A stretch of 14,901 nucleotides of DNA from Okeania sp. (GCF_035285525.1 NZ_JAYKGW010000048.1:1-14901); one strand, 5' to 3'; shown: positions 1-8,189, counted from the first letter of the stretch. Translations and numbers: made by a program. The notes: generated by a model from the letters alone, not told the origin.

Positions 1-43
1 TTGAAATTATCTTAATCTGAGTTACTCGGTTATAATCCCCCTA

Positions 44-137
44 AATCCTCCTTTGAAAGGGGGACTTTTTGTTGGCTCCCCCGCCCTTTCCAAAAGGACG
101 ACTTTGAAAACTATCCCCCCTTTCAAAGAGGGGATTC
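44..137. repeat. Inverted pair of short C-run/G-run hairpin repeats, plus a degenerate third copy, upstream of lysS
   Basis: 44-65 'aatcctcctttgaaagggggac' resembles the reverse complement of 111-137 'ctatcccccctttcaaagaggggattc'. A related 'ccctttccaaaagg' lies at 84-97. Each copy is itself a short palindrome. Confidence 0.5.
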
Positions 138-211
138 TTCAAGAACAGCAATAAAAGCAAAAATATGATATTATTTTTAATTTGTTAACCATCTATTAAA
201 TCAAATCACCA

Positions 212-1780
212 ATGGCTAAAACTCAAACCAGGAATGAATTAGAAGTTCGTTCAAAAAAGGTCGATGAATTACGCAATCTAGGAATAGACCCCTATCCTAG
301 TAAAGCTATAGAGCGATCGCATACTACTAAACAAGTTATCGACCTATTTTCTCCTCCCGCAAAGGAGTTAGAAGCAGGAGAAGCAGACCCCGATGCCAAA
401 TTATTAAAAGTATGCGGTCGGATTACTTCTAAGCGAGATAGTGGTAGTATTGGCTTTATCAATCTAACAGATGAAACGGGAAAAATTCAACTCAAAATTG
501 AAAAAAAATTAGTTACGGGAGACCCTGGTTTAAGTTTTAAACAAATTCAAAAATTATTAGATGTCGGAGACTTTATTAGTGCGGAAGGAATAGGTTGTCG
601 GACTAATCGAGGTGAGTTATCTATTCAGGTAAATAAACTTGATGTTCTCTCCAAAGCTATTATTCCTTTTCCTGACTCTTATTATGGGGTAAATGATCCA
701 GAAATTTGTCGCCGTCATCGGGAAATGGATTTGGCGGGAAATACTGAATCTTTACAACGTTTTAGAATGCGGAGTAAGATTCTCCAAAGTATTCGTAGTT
801 ATCTTTGGGATGCTGGTTTTTATGAAATAGAAACACCAACTTTACAGGCAATTTATGGTGGTGCTGCGGCTCGACCTTTTGTGACTCATCATAATGCTTT
901 GGATGTGGATTTATATTTACGAATTGCTACAGAATTATTTTTGAAAAGAGCAGTATGTGGAGGTTTTGAACGGGTATTTGAATTAGGAAGAGTCTTTAGA
1001 AATGAAGGAATTGATAGTACCCATAATCCTGAATTTACATCTTTAGAAGTTTATCAAGCTTATGCAGATTATTTTCAAATTTTAGGTTTGGTTGAAGATG
1101 TTATTTGTTATAGTGCTGCTAATGTTTTAGGTGATTTAAAAGAGATAGAATATCAAGGGCAAACTATTAGTTTGGAACGGGAATATGACTATAGTGAAAA
1201 GTATCCTAATTTCACTGGTAAACATTGGCAAGTTAAAACAATGGTGGAAGCTGTTAAGGATGAAACTGGACTAGATTTTGATAATTTAGAATTACCAGAA
1301 GCTATTGAAGCAGCAGAACAATTAAACTTAAAATTATCTAAGTTAGAAACTCAAAGTTTAGGTTATCTTTTATATGCCGTTTTTGACCAAAAAGTAGAGT
1401 CAACTTTAATTCAACCTACTTTTATAATTGATTTTCCGGTGGAAGTTAGTCCGTTAGCAAAAAGACATCATAGTAAACCCGGTTTTGTGGAAAGATTTGA
1501 ATTATTTATTCACGGAACCGAATATTCTAATGGTTTCTCGGAGTTAAACGATCCCCAAGATCAACGCCAACGTTTTGAGGCACAGATCGCTCAAAGAGAA
1601 GCAGGGGATGATGAAGCCCACCCAATGGATGAAGACTTTATTCAGGCGCTATCATTGGGGATGCCTAACTGTGGTGGGATGGGTATTGGGGTTGATCGTT
1701 TGGTGATGTTGCTGACAAATACTCAAAGTATTCGAGATGTGATTATGTTCCCGACCATGCGATCGACTTTAAAGGATTAA
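212..1780 (+). CDS. lysS: Lysine--tRNA ligase, class II
   Basis: 522-aa ORF. It has an N-terminal OB-fold anticodon-binding region (KVCGRITSKRDSG..FINLTDETGKIQL) and class II aaRS motifs (FYEIETPTLQ; RVFRNEGID..HNPEFTSLE; GMGIGVDRLVMLL). Confidence 0.95.
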   Translation: MAKTQTRNELEVRSKKVDELRNLGIDPYPSKAIERSHTTKQVIDLFSPPAKELEAGEADPDAKLLKVCGRITSKRDSGSIGFINLTDETGKIQLKIEKKLVTGDPGLSFKQIQKLLDVGDFISAEGIGCRTNRGELSIQVNKLDVLSKAIIPFPDSYYGVNDPEICRRHREMDLAGNTESLQRFRMRSKILQSIRSYLWDAGFYEIETPTLQAIYGGAAARPFVTHHNALDVDLYLRIATELFLKRAVCGGFERVFELGRVFRNEGIDSTHNPEFTSLEVYQAYADYFQILGLVEDVICYSAANVLGDLKEIEYQGQTISLEREYDYSEKYPNFTGKHWQVKTMVEAVKDETGLDFDNLELPEAIEAAEQLNLKLSKLETQSLGYLLYAVFDQKVESTLIQPTFIIDFPVEVSPLAKRHHSKPGFVERFELFIHGTEYSNGFSELNDPQDQRQRFEAQIAQREAGDDEAHPMDEDFIQALSLGMPNCGGMGIGVDRLVMLLTNTQSIRDVIMFPTMRSTLKD

Positions 1781-1815
1781 GTATTAGAAATTTATATGGG
1801 TTGTAATATTGGATA

Positions 1816-1877
1816 GTAGGGGTTTGGTCTCCAAACCCCAAAATAGGGTTTGGAAACCAAACCCCTACATTTTTATT
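1816..1877. terminator. Four-arm palindromic element with T-rich tail; probable bidirectional terminator between convergent lysS and the vapC remnant
   Basis: gtaggggtttgg (1816-1827) pairs perfectly with ccaaacccctac (1857-1868). Internal arms ccaaacccc (1831-1839) and gggtttgg (1846-1853) allow alternative pairings. It is followed by 'atttttatt'. Confidence 0.5.
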
Positions 1878-1972
1878 CACAAATCATCGCTACTAAATCA
1901 TACTCATTAACTGACTTATTAATATTAGCTTGAGAATCAAGATATAGTGCTTTCTCTAAAAGCGATCGCCTT

Positions 1973-2363
1973 TTATTCAAGATAGTTAAACCCTAATTCT
2001 CCTATGAATTTTTTGTCGAATGTCACAGTTTCTAAACAACCTACTTGGCGAGGGATAGCTCCTATTAAATAATCAGAAAAATCTGCACTTCCCTGTTTTG
2101 TCTGCTCAATAGCTTGATAGACAACAGAAGGATTTTCCAACTCAAAAACTGTACTCTGCAAAATCATTTCCAAAGTCTTAATAATTTGGTCTTTACTAAA
2201 TTTATATGCTTTACTTTTCCAAACCCAAACTAATTCACACAAGACAATATTAGACACAAAACATGACTGATTTTTTTCTAATAATTTCTAGTGCTTTTTG
2301 CCACTGTAGTTCATCATCTCTAGTCAGATAGCGAACTAGAATATTGGTATCAACTGCAATCAT
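1973..2363 (-). pseudogene. vapC: VapC-type PIN-domain toxin, frameshifted
   Basis: ATG at 2363 gives MIAVDTNILVRYLTRDDELQWQKALEIIRKK.. and terminates early. Removing one base of the T7 run (2271-2277 on +) joins it to ORF 1973-2257 (..NQSCFVSNIVLCELVWVW...ADFSDYLIGA...TFDKK). The span is 391 nt (3n+1), and the reconstructed protein is 129 aa with the PIN acidic residues. Confidence 0.8.
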
Positions 2364-2610
2364 GAACTGCCTCCTGGATTGCATTTTCCATATCCTCAAT
2401 AGTTGCTTTCTCAATTCCAGGATGATATAGAATACCTGATAAGTATTCGACAGAAAATTTCAGAGTAATTATTTTAACTTGTTCCTTTTCATCAATAACA
2501 AATTCTATCTTAGTTCCTCCATTCAATTTAAGGTAATCCCCAATTTATTCAGGAATTGTTATTTGCCCTTGTTCGCTAACTATTGTGCTGGCGATTACTA
2601 TAACTATTTG
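2350..2610 (-). pseudogene. vapB: AbrB/SpoVT-type antitoxin (VapB-like) remnant with in-frame TAA and no start codon
   Basis: Minus-strand frame reads ..IVIASTIVSEQGQITIPE*IGDYLKLNGGTKIEFVIDEKEQVKIITL...AIQEAVHDCS*. The stop is at 2545-2547. There is no ATG/GTG/TTG between the upstream TAG (2611-2613) and the motif. The 3' end overlaps the vapC ATG by 14 nt, a typical TA arrangement. Confidence 0.7.
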
Positions 2611-2648
2611 CTAAATTTACTTAATTTTAATGGATATTTATAATAGCT

Positions 2649-3131
2649 TTATTCTTCCACAAGAGCTAAAACTTGTTGATAAATTTCGGAGCTTACCCAG
2701 AAACCACTATTAATTAAATCATCTAATATAGGTTTAATTAATGAAATTAACCCTAATTTTTTAGCCTTTAATAAGACTCCTAATGTTCCTGTTATTTGGA
2801 GTCCCATTTTAGTAGCTTCTTTTCTACCTTTGCGCTCGTCAACTATTAATAAATCAGCCTTTAATTCTAATGCTAAAATAATTGCTTCAGCTTCTCCTGG
2901 ATCGAGTTTTTCTTGTAGACTCATAACTAAGGTTAAATTATTAACTGAACCTTTCTTAATCCACTTCAAGTTTTGTATCGCCAAGGTAGCAGGTTCTGTA
3001 GCACCAGCATTAATTATTTCTTGATAAACAGTTTCTGGTATAATTACATCACCATATATTTGTTGGAGTAAATCTAGTTTTCCAACGGTAGCTAAATTAC
3101 TAATAGGTGATGTGTCACTAACTACTATCAT
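2649..3131 (-). CDS. DUF3368-family PIN-like nucleic-acid-binding protein (putative toxin)
   Basis: 160-aa ORF. MIVVSDTSPISNLATVGKLDLLQQIYGDVIIPETVYQEI and ..LDPGEAEAIILALELKADLLIVDERKGR match my recollection of DUF3368 proteins. Confidence 0.8.
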   Translation of the reverse strand: MIVVSDTSPISNLATVGKLDLLQQIYGDVIIPETVYQEIINAGATEPATLAIQNLKWIKKGSVNNLTLVMSLQEKLDPGEAEAIILALELKADLLIVDERKGRKEATKMGLQITGTLGVLLKAKKLGLISLIKPILDDLINSGFWVSSEIYQQVLALVEE

Positions 3132-3140
3132 TATAACTCT

Positions 3141-3377
3141 TTATAGAACGTTTAAATTATAGAAATCTTCCATCAATTCTTCCATACCGTAATGCAAAGG
3201 AATATGACGACTTGCAAGTAATTTTTGAAATGCTAATTGGTTCATTTGAGCAAATCTGGCAGCTTGTGCAAGGGTAAAACGTTCCTGTTGAAATAACATA
3301 ACTGCTATTTCTACTTTTAGTTGGTTTTCAGACATTTCAATTTTTTCTAATATTTCGTTGGATATAACAAGACTCAT
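3141..3377 (-). CDS. UPF0175-family small protein (putative antitoxin partner of the DUF3368 protein)
   Basis: 78-aa ORF lying 9 nt upstream of the PIN-like gene on the same strand. ..LKVEIAVMLFQQERFTLAQAARFAQMNQLAFQKLLASRHIPLHYGMEEL is the UPF0175 signature as I recall it. Confidence 0.8.
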   Translation of the reverse strand: MSLVISNEILEKIEMSENQLKVEIAVMLFQQERFTLAQAARFAQMNQLAFQKLLASRHIPLHYGMEELMEDFYNLNVL

Positions 3378-3408
3378 TTTTATAATTTTTGATACTTATA
3401 TTAATCTA

Positions 3409-4635
3409 TCATACATTATTAATTTTAGCATTAATACAATATTGAAATAATTCTTTCTTACTATTTCTTTTCCTGAAAATATAACTCTTGATATTTGTAT
3501 AACCTAAATTTTTCATCAATTGCTCAAGAAACTTTTCCGTATTAACTGAAATTCCATAAAATGTAGAATTACCAACAATATAAGATCACTCTGCACCATC
3601 TAACAACAAATGTTTTAGATTGTCAAAATGTAAACTCATATCATCAAAATATTTGTGAACATAATTTGCCATTAAATTCGAGTTTTTCCTATTTGATTGA
3701 CGAATTAATTCTACTGTTTCCAGTATAGTTACTGGAATACTATTTGTTTTTGGTTTCCAATCTCCAAGACGACTTGTCGCAATACCCCAAGTTCCTCCTA
3801 TCGCTTGCCAATCTAATTCTCCTGCTTGATTTGCTGTTTTTAGGAAACCAGTCCAGTACATATAAGGTCTTAATTCTCTAATATAACTAATGCGATTAGG
3901 GTAAGGTGGAGAAGTAATTACATGACTATAAAGAACATTTGCTGATGACTTAAGATAACGAGAATCTCCGTAAATAACTTTTGCTTTACCTGATATTAAC
4001 TGACGGGAACTTTCTAATATTTCTCCACAGATATCTTGAAAAATATCAATAATTTGACCTACTTCAAAAGCAGTTAATTTATCATTAAATGAGATTGAGA
4101 CATGATTGAATGATGCTGATGATGTTTCTATGATTAAACGACAGAATGCAATCCAAACTATAGAATTAGCATTGTTAATTTCAGGTTCTCCAAAATCCTC
4201 AATAATAACAGCACGCAAAGCTGCCAAAATATGTAATGTATTTCTACTCCACCAAGGCTCGATATTATAGATATTTGATATCCAATTATCTTGTCCTAAG
4301 AATAGTTTTAATTTGTCATTAATTCTGGAAATTTTATCATAAATAGCTGCTATTTCATCATTGGTATAGTTTCGGCATTTAGCATTACCTAGCCAAATTA
4401 GAAAAGGATTTATATCAAATAAATGTGCTGATAACTTATGTTCTGCTGCTACCAATCCTGTTGTGGCTGTTCCCGAAAAAGGGTCTAGAATAAATAAAGG
4501 TTTTTCTATATTATCTAGCAATTTTTTCACAAGTTTGACTGAATAAGCAGGTGTTAATCTGAGCCAACCATGACGACCAAGTTTATTATTATATTGAAAT
4601 GTATATTCAGGTTTTTTATTGATGATAGCAGTCAT
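3409..4635 (-). pseudogene. Type II DNA methyltransferase (N4-cytosine or N6-adenine class) interrupted by an in-frame TGA
   Basis: Motif I ILDPFSGTATTGLVA is followed ~190 aa later by motif IV ITSPPYPN. The track ORF stops at TGA 3586-3588, but the same frame stays open for 58 more codons (SYIVGNSTFYGISVNTEKFLEQLMKNLGYTNIKSYIFRKRNSKKELFQYCINAKINNV) to TGA 3409-3411. The total is 1227 nt = 409 codons. Confidence 0.75.
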
Positions 4636-4636
4636 T

Positions 4637-4675
4637 TCAGTTATCAGTTATCAGTTATCAGTTATTAGTTATTAC
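4637..4675. repeat. STRR-type heptamer tandem array (TCAGTTA x ~5) abutting the methyltransferase start codon
   Basis: 'tcagttatcagttatcagttatcagttattagttatta' begins immediately 5' of ATG 4635 (minus strand). Confidence 0.9.
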
Positions 4676-4708
4676 AGCAATGTATAAGGATGGTGAGGTG
4701 AGAGTTAT

Positions 4709-4758
4709 CTGTAACACAAGCATCCTGCTTGTTACAGGCTAGAAGCTTGTGTTACCAG
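4709..4758. repeat. Three-arm hairpin repeat (gtaacacaagc / gcttgttac / gcttgtgttac)
   Basis: ctgtaacacaagc (4709-4721) is complementary to gcttgttacag (4727-4737) and to gcttgtgttaccag (4745-4758). Confidence 0.6.
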
Positions 4759-4996
4759 AATTACTAATAGACTAGAAGTGTTTAACAAAGAAAAAAACTT
4801 TGTACCTGACGCCCCTATAAAATTGCTGTAATTAAAGATAATTATACCAGGCTTTAGGTACACCCACGCGGGCAAGATGTCGGCAATGTAAACATTTAAT
4901 TATTAATATTTATACTTCATATACTTGGAATCTACTGTATCAGTTATTAATAATTTATTTAGCACTTAATAAATTCTCTAAAACTTGGTTTATTTC

Positions 4997-5753
4997 TTAC
5001 TTAATAAATTCTGTATTACGCTGAAAAAAATCAGCTAAATTATAGCCTAAAATTTCTTCAGAAAATCTATATAGAGAAGATAAACAGTCACCATCATTTA
5101 TGCCAATAAGAATACCACACCGATTATTTCGATAACGACAAATAACATCCGTATCAATCTGTGAGGAAAAAATCGCAAAAATGGGAAGATAACTATAAGC
5201 CCAAGCTACAGTTGCATTATCAATATCGGCATTTTTACGCTTACTATCTTTGCTTTTATGTCCTTGTCTAACTTCAAAGACTACTCCTTTTTGTGGCTTT
5301 TCAATATTACCAAGTTGATTACAATAATCTGTAATCCAATTATTTACAGCATCAAAAACAGATTTATTTCTAATTTCTGAAAGTTCTAATCTCCCATATA
5401 ATGATAACTTTTTAGTCCTTCCTGATCTGGTTTTAGTTGTATAATACCATTCAGCAAATGATGGGTCGGAATAATTAGTAGTATCTTGAATAATTTCTCG
5501 AAAAAGTCGTTCACAACCTATACCTCTTTTTTTGGTAAATAGATGTCATACCACCCGCAGCTTTGTGGGCTGCGTACATCAATTCATTATCTAAACTTAT
5601 CCAGGAATAAAAAGGGTCTGAACTATATAAAATAGTAAATTCTTTCAGAGTAATTCCTGTTTCATGTTTACTATTTCCAAATTGAGGAAGGTAGTTATTT
5701 CACTTTTGAATAGGTGAAAGAAATACCCCTAAATAATCTTGATCATTATTCAT
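4997..5753 (-). pseudogene. Type II restriction-endonuclease-like gene, disrupted by an in-frame TGA and a +1 frameshift (absent from the ORF track)
   Basis: ATG 5753 gives MNNDQDYLGVFLSPIQK*(TGA 5700-5702)NNYLPQFGNSKHETGITLKEFTILYSSDPFYSWISLDNELMYAAHKAAGGMTSIYQKK. The frame breaks in the T7 run 5527-5533 (+ strand). With one base removed it continues RGIGCERLFREIIQDT...VVFEVRQGHKSKDSKRKNADIDNA...FFQRNTEFIK* to TAA 4997-4999. The span is 757 nt = 3n+1. It sits upstream of, and co-oriented with, the DNA methyltransferase. Confidence 0.65.
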
Positions 5754-5770
5754 TTTTTTGCCTAAAAAAA

Positions 5771-6757
5771 CTATTTAGTCTGAAAAATATTTTGCACCAT
5801 TTTCTTATCTGTACTCCCAGCAGCTTGATCTAATTCCGCAACTTCACCAGAGTCTAATTCCCAACCCAATGCACCAATATTTTGTTCTGCTTGAGCTTTA
5901 TTTTTTGCTCCCGGAATCGGAATTGTACCTTTACAAATACACCAATTAATTGCTACTTGCGACATAGTTTTATTTCTAGATTTTGCCACTGCTTCTAAAC
6001 ATAATAATAATGGGCGAATACCTGGTAAAATTTGTTTAAATAAAAAACCTCGAATCCCTTTTGGCAAATCACCTGTTTCCGAATATTTTCCAGTTAAAAT
6101 TCCTAATGCTAAAGGACTATATGCAATTAATTTAATTCCTAATTCATCACAAACTTCTTTTAATCCTAATTCTGTAACTGGATAAGTCGATAATAAAGAA
6201 TATTGAACCTGTAAAGTAGTAATTGGAATACCGCGATCGCTAAATCTTTCATAGACTTTTTTCAGTCGTTTCGGTCCGAAATTTGATAACCCTATTCCCT
6301 TCACTTTTCCCTGTTCATATAAGTCTCCCAAACCATCCAATAACTCCCATTCTTGCCAGGGAAAATAATTAGCAGTAGACCAGTGCATCTGTACCAAATC
6401 AACATTTTTACCCAGACGTTCAGCAGATGCGGCACAAGCTGAAATCATTGCTCGACGACTCCATCTCCAGGGATAGGCAGCAAGTTTTGTGGCAATACAA
6501 ATATTATTTTGGTTGACTCCCCTGTATGCTTGAGAAAATTGCCCCAACAACATTTCACTACGTCCGTTTAATTTGCCAGTTCCGTAGGAGTCACCCGTAT
6601 CAAACAAAGTCACGCCATTACCAACACAGAGGTTAAAAACATTTTGCAAATCGTTATCCATGCTTTCATCATATCCCCAAAGGAGACGGTTTCCCCATGC
6701 CCATGTACCACAACCCATTTTCGGAAAGGTAAGTTTTTCGTTAGTTTGCATCTTCAA
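5771..6757 (-). CDS. Aldo/keto reductase family oxidoreductase
   Basis: 328-aa ORF with AKR hallmarks: MGCGTWAWG, LFDTGDSYGTG, IATK, VDLVQMHW and a C-terminal IPIPGAKN. Confidence 0.9.
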   Translation of the reverse strand: MKMQTNEKLTFPKMGCGTWAWGNRLLWGYDESMDNDLQNVFNLCVGNGVTLFDTGDSYGTGKLNGRSEMLLGQFSQAYRGVNQNNICIATKLAAYPWRWSRRAMISACAASAERLGKNVDLVQMHWSTANYFPWQEWELLDGLGDLYEQGKVKGIGLSNFGPKRLKKVYERFSDRGIPITTLQVQYSLLSTYPVTELGLKEVCDELGIKLIAYSPLALGILTGKYSETGDLPKGIRGFLFKQILPGIRPLLLCLEAVAKSRNKTMSQVAINWCICKGTIPIPGAKNKAQAEQNIGALGWELDSGEVAELDQAAGSTDKKMVQNIFQTK

Positions 6758-6778
6758 CTATTAGACATCTCCAGCCAT

Positions 6779-7047
6779 AAAAAAATCAAATTAATTATCC
6801 CACAAAAATCATCAATTATTTTTCCCTACTCTTTACTCCCTAATTTACGATAAAAAATCAAATCAATTATCCCACAAAATCATCAATTATTTTTCCTCTA
6901 CTCCCTATTCCCTACTCCCTAATTTATGATAAAAAATCATCAATTATTTTCCCGTACTTCCTAGTGCCTACTCCCTAAGTTATGATAAAAAATCATCAAT
7001 TATTTTCCCGTACTTCTTAGTGCCTACTCCCTATTCCCTACTCCCTT
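6779..7047. repeat. Tandem array of four 55-79-bp units, each ending in CCCTACT/CCCTATT heptamers
   Basis: Units start at ~6779, 6852, 6931 and 6987 ('aaaaaatca(aatcaattatcccacaaaatca)tcaattatttt(t)cc...ctactccct..(t/g)at'). 'ctactccctattccctactccct' is identical at 6898-6921 and 7024-7047. Confidence 0.85.
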
Positions 7048-7518
7048 GAATGAAGCAAGATAGCGATCAAGTATTTGGGCAGAATTGTGATTAAAACCAT
7101 AATAAGCATCAGTAACCACAACTGGACTATCTGGCTCATAAAACTCAGCAATATCATCAATAGCAACCCACTCTTTATTTTCTTCATTTTTTTGTCTGAA
7201 GTATTCCAAGACTCCTTGATGTCGAATATGTTTATTATTTTCAATAACTTTTGGGTGTAAACACGGAGTTACTCCCACAACACGCACGCCAATATCTGGT
7301 GAAAATAGACTAGCAATTTGATCTAGAGAATACATCTCTCGCCAGGATGAAGAGATAACTATTTTGGCGGTAGGATAACGACGGAGGACATTTTCAAATT
7401 CATTTAGACAAATTGGATCGAATTTAATCATGTCTTTTGGCAAGACTGGTTGCTCGAATTTCTTTTCCGGCACTAATACCCCATCAATATCTAGAAAAAT
7501 CCACATAATATATTTCAA
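7024..7518 (-). CDS. Small HAD-superfamily phosphatase-like protein (resembles stand-alone 'HAD_SAK' RNA-repair-associated HAD domains)
   Basis: 164-aa ORF with N-terminal DxDG motif (IFLDIDGVLVP), SSSWR and a late WVAIDD acidic motif. The true start may be the internal ATG at 7504-7506 (MWIFLDIDGVL). Confidence 0.65.
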   Translation of the reverse strand: MKYIMWIFLDIDGVLVPEKKFEQPVLPKDMIKFDPICLNEFENVLRRYPTAKIVISSSWREMYSLDQIASLFSPDIGVRVVGVTPCLHPKVIENNKHIRHQGVLEYFRQKNEENKEWVAIDDIAEFYEPDSPVVVTDAYYGFNHNSAQILDRYLASFKGVGNRE

Positions 7519-8189
7519 CTGGTTGAATGGCGATTTATTAATTTATTAATATATACTATATCAAATTTATCTTGAGAAAAGAGGAAGTAAGAAATAATGG
7601 AAAATAATTGATAATTTCTCTAGAATAATTGATTTGATTTTTTATTATTGGAAATGCCTATTAAGTACGAATCTAGTTATTAACTTGTAATAACTAAAAG
7701 CTGATCCTGACGATGCAGAATGCTTACTAAATAATTAGCCACTATGAAAAATTAGTTTACCGATTTTTTGCTGTATTAATTGGTTATTTTTCCGGAGGAA
7801 AAATAACTATTTACCTTAATTTTTAGCCATACTGAACTACAAAAAATCAAACTATAATCAGTGATATTAGTTAATCATCAGACCCTAAATTTTTCCTAAC
7901 TGTATAATTTTTTTTTATGATCCCCCTGTAGTTTACTGAATATTTAATCCTCTTTTTAGAAGATAGTTTTGTTTTACATATCTATGTTTTTTTGTCAATA
8001 AGTAAATATACACTTGATTTTTTATCAACTATTACTACTATAAAATCAACAAATGTAACAAAAAGATTAATAAAAGTTATTAAAGTATAAAAAATATTTT
8101 AAGTAGAAAAGTTCCAATTCTTGATATTATCTAAAACAGTCTGTGAAATATGCAGAAAAGTAATAGAGATTCTTAGGAAATTTTAAGAT
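7519..8189 (+). promoter_or_regulatory. Long AT-rich non-coding region upstream of rbcL (promoter and long leader; promoter not pinpointed)
   Basis: 671 bp without a credible ORF. One sigma70-like candidate is TTGATT (8014-8019), a 16-nt spacer and TACTAT (8036-8041). A perfect 11-bp hairpin lies at 7783-7807. Long rbcL leaders are known in Anabaena/Nostoc. Confidence 0.35.
7599..7643. repeat. Inverted copy of the 6852-6896 repeat unit, upstream of the HAD gene
   Basis: 7625-7643 'ataattgatttgatttttt' is the exact reverse complement of 6852-6870 (19/19). 7599-7612 'ggaaaataattgat' matches the inner end of the unit. Confidence 0.8.

Noticed and set aside
1-211. Riboswitch, T-box or leader control upstream of lysS
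   Set aside because: The structured segments are short C-run/G-run repeat hairpins of a dispersed type. I saw no lysine-riboswitch or T-box hallmarks, which are also not expected for cyanobacterial lysS.
2830-3024. 64-aa ORF antisense to the DUF3368 PIN gene
   Set aside because: It is embedded in a well-supported gene on the other strand and has no recognisable motif.
3586-3588. In-frame TGA in the methyltransferase (and TGA 5700-5702 in the nuclease) as selenocysteine or programmed recoding
   Set aside because: I saw no SECIS-like hairpin immediately downstream, and these enzyme families are not selenoproteins. Other stop types (TAA, TAG) and frameshifts in neighbouring genes favour ordinary decay.
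6644-7260. ORFs 6644-6853 (+), 7038-7244 (-) and 7075-7260 (+)
   Set aside because: They overlap the aldo/keto reductase 5' end and repeat array, or sit out of frame or antisense within the HAD gene. Their low-complexity I/L/F/N-rich products are typical of AT-rich noise.
7791-7796. TCCGGA (heterocyst DIF-type promoter motif), also at 11313-11318
   Set aside because: A palindromic 6-mer is expected a few times by chance in 15 kb. One copy is the loop region of a hairpin and the other is part of a MITE terminus, and no appropriately spaced -10 box was evident.
7519-8189. NtcA site (GTA-N8-TAC) in the rbcL upstream region
   Set aside because: I checked every GTA in the region by eye, and none is followed by TAC at 8-nt spacing.
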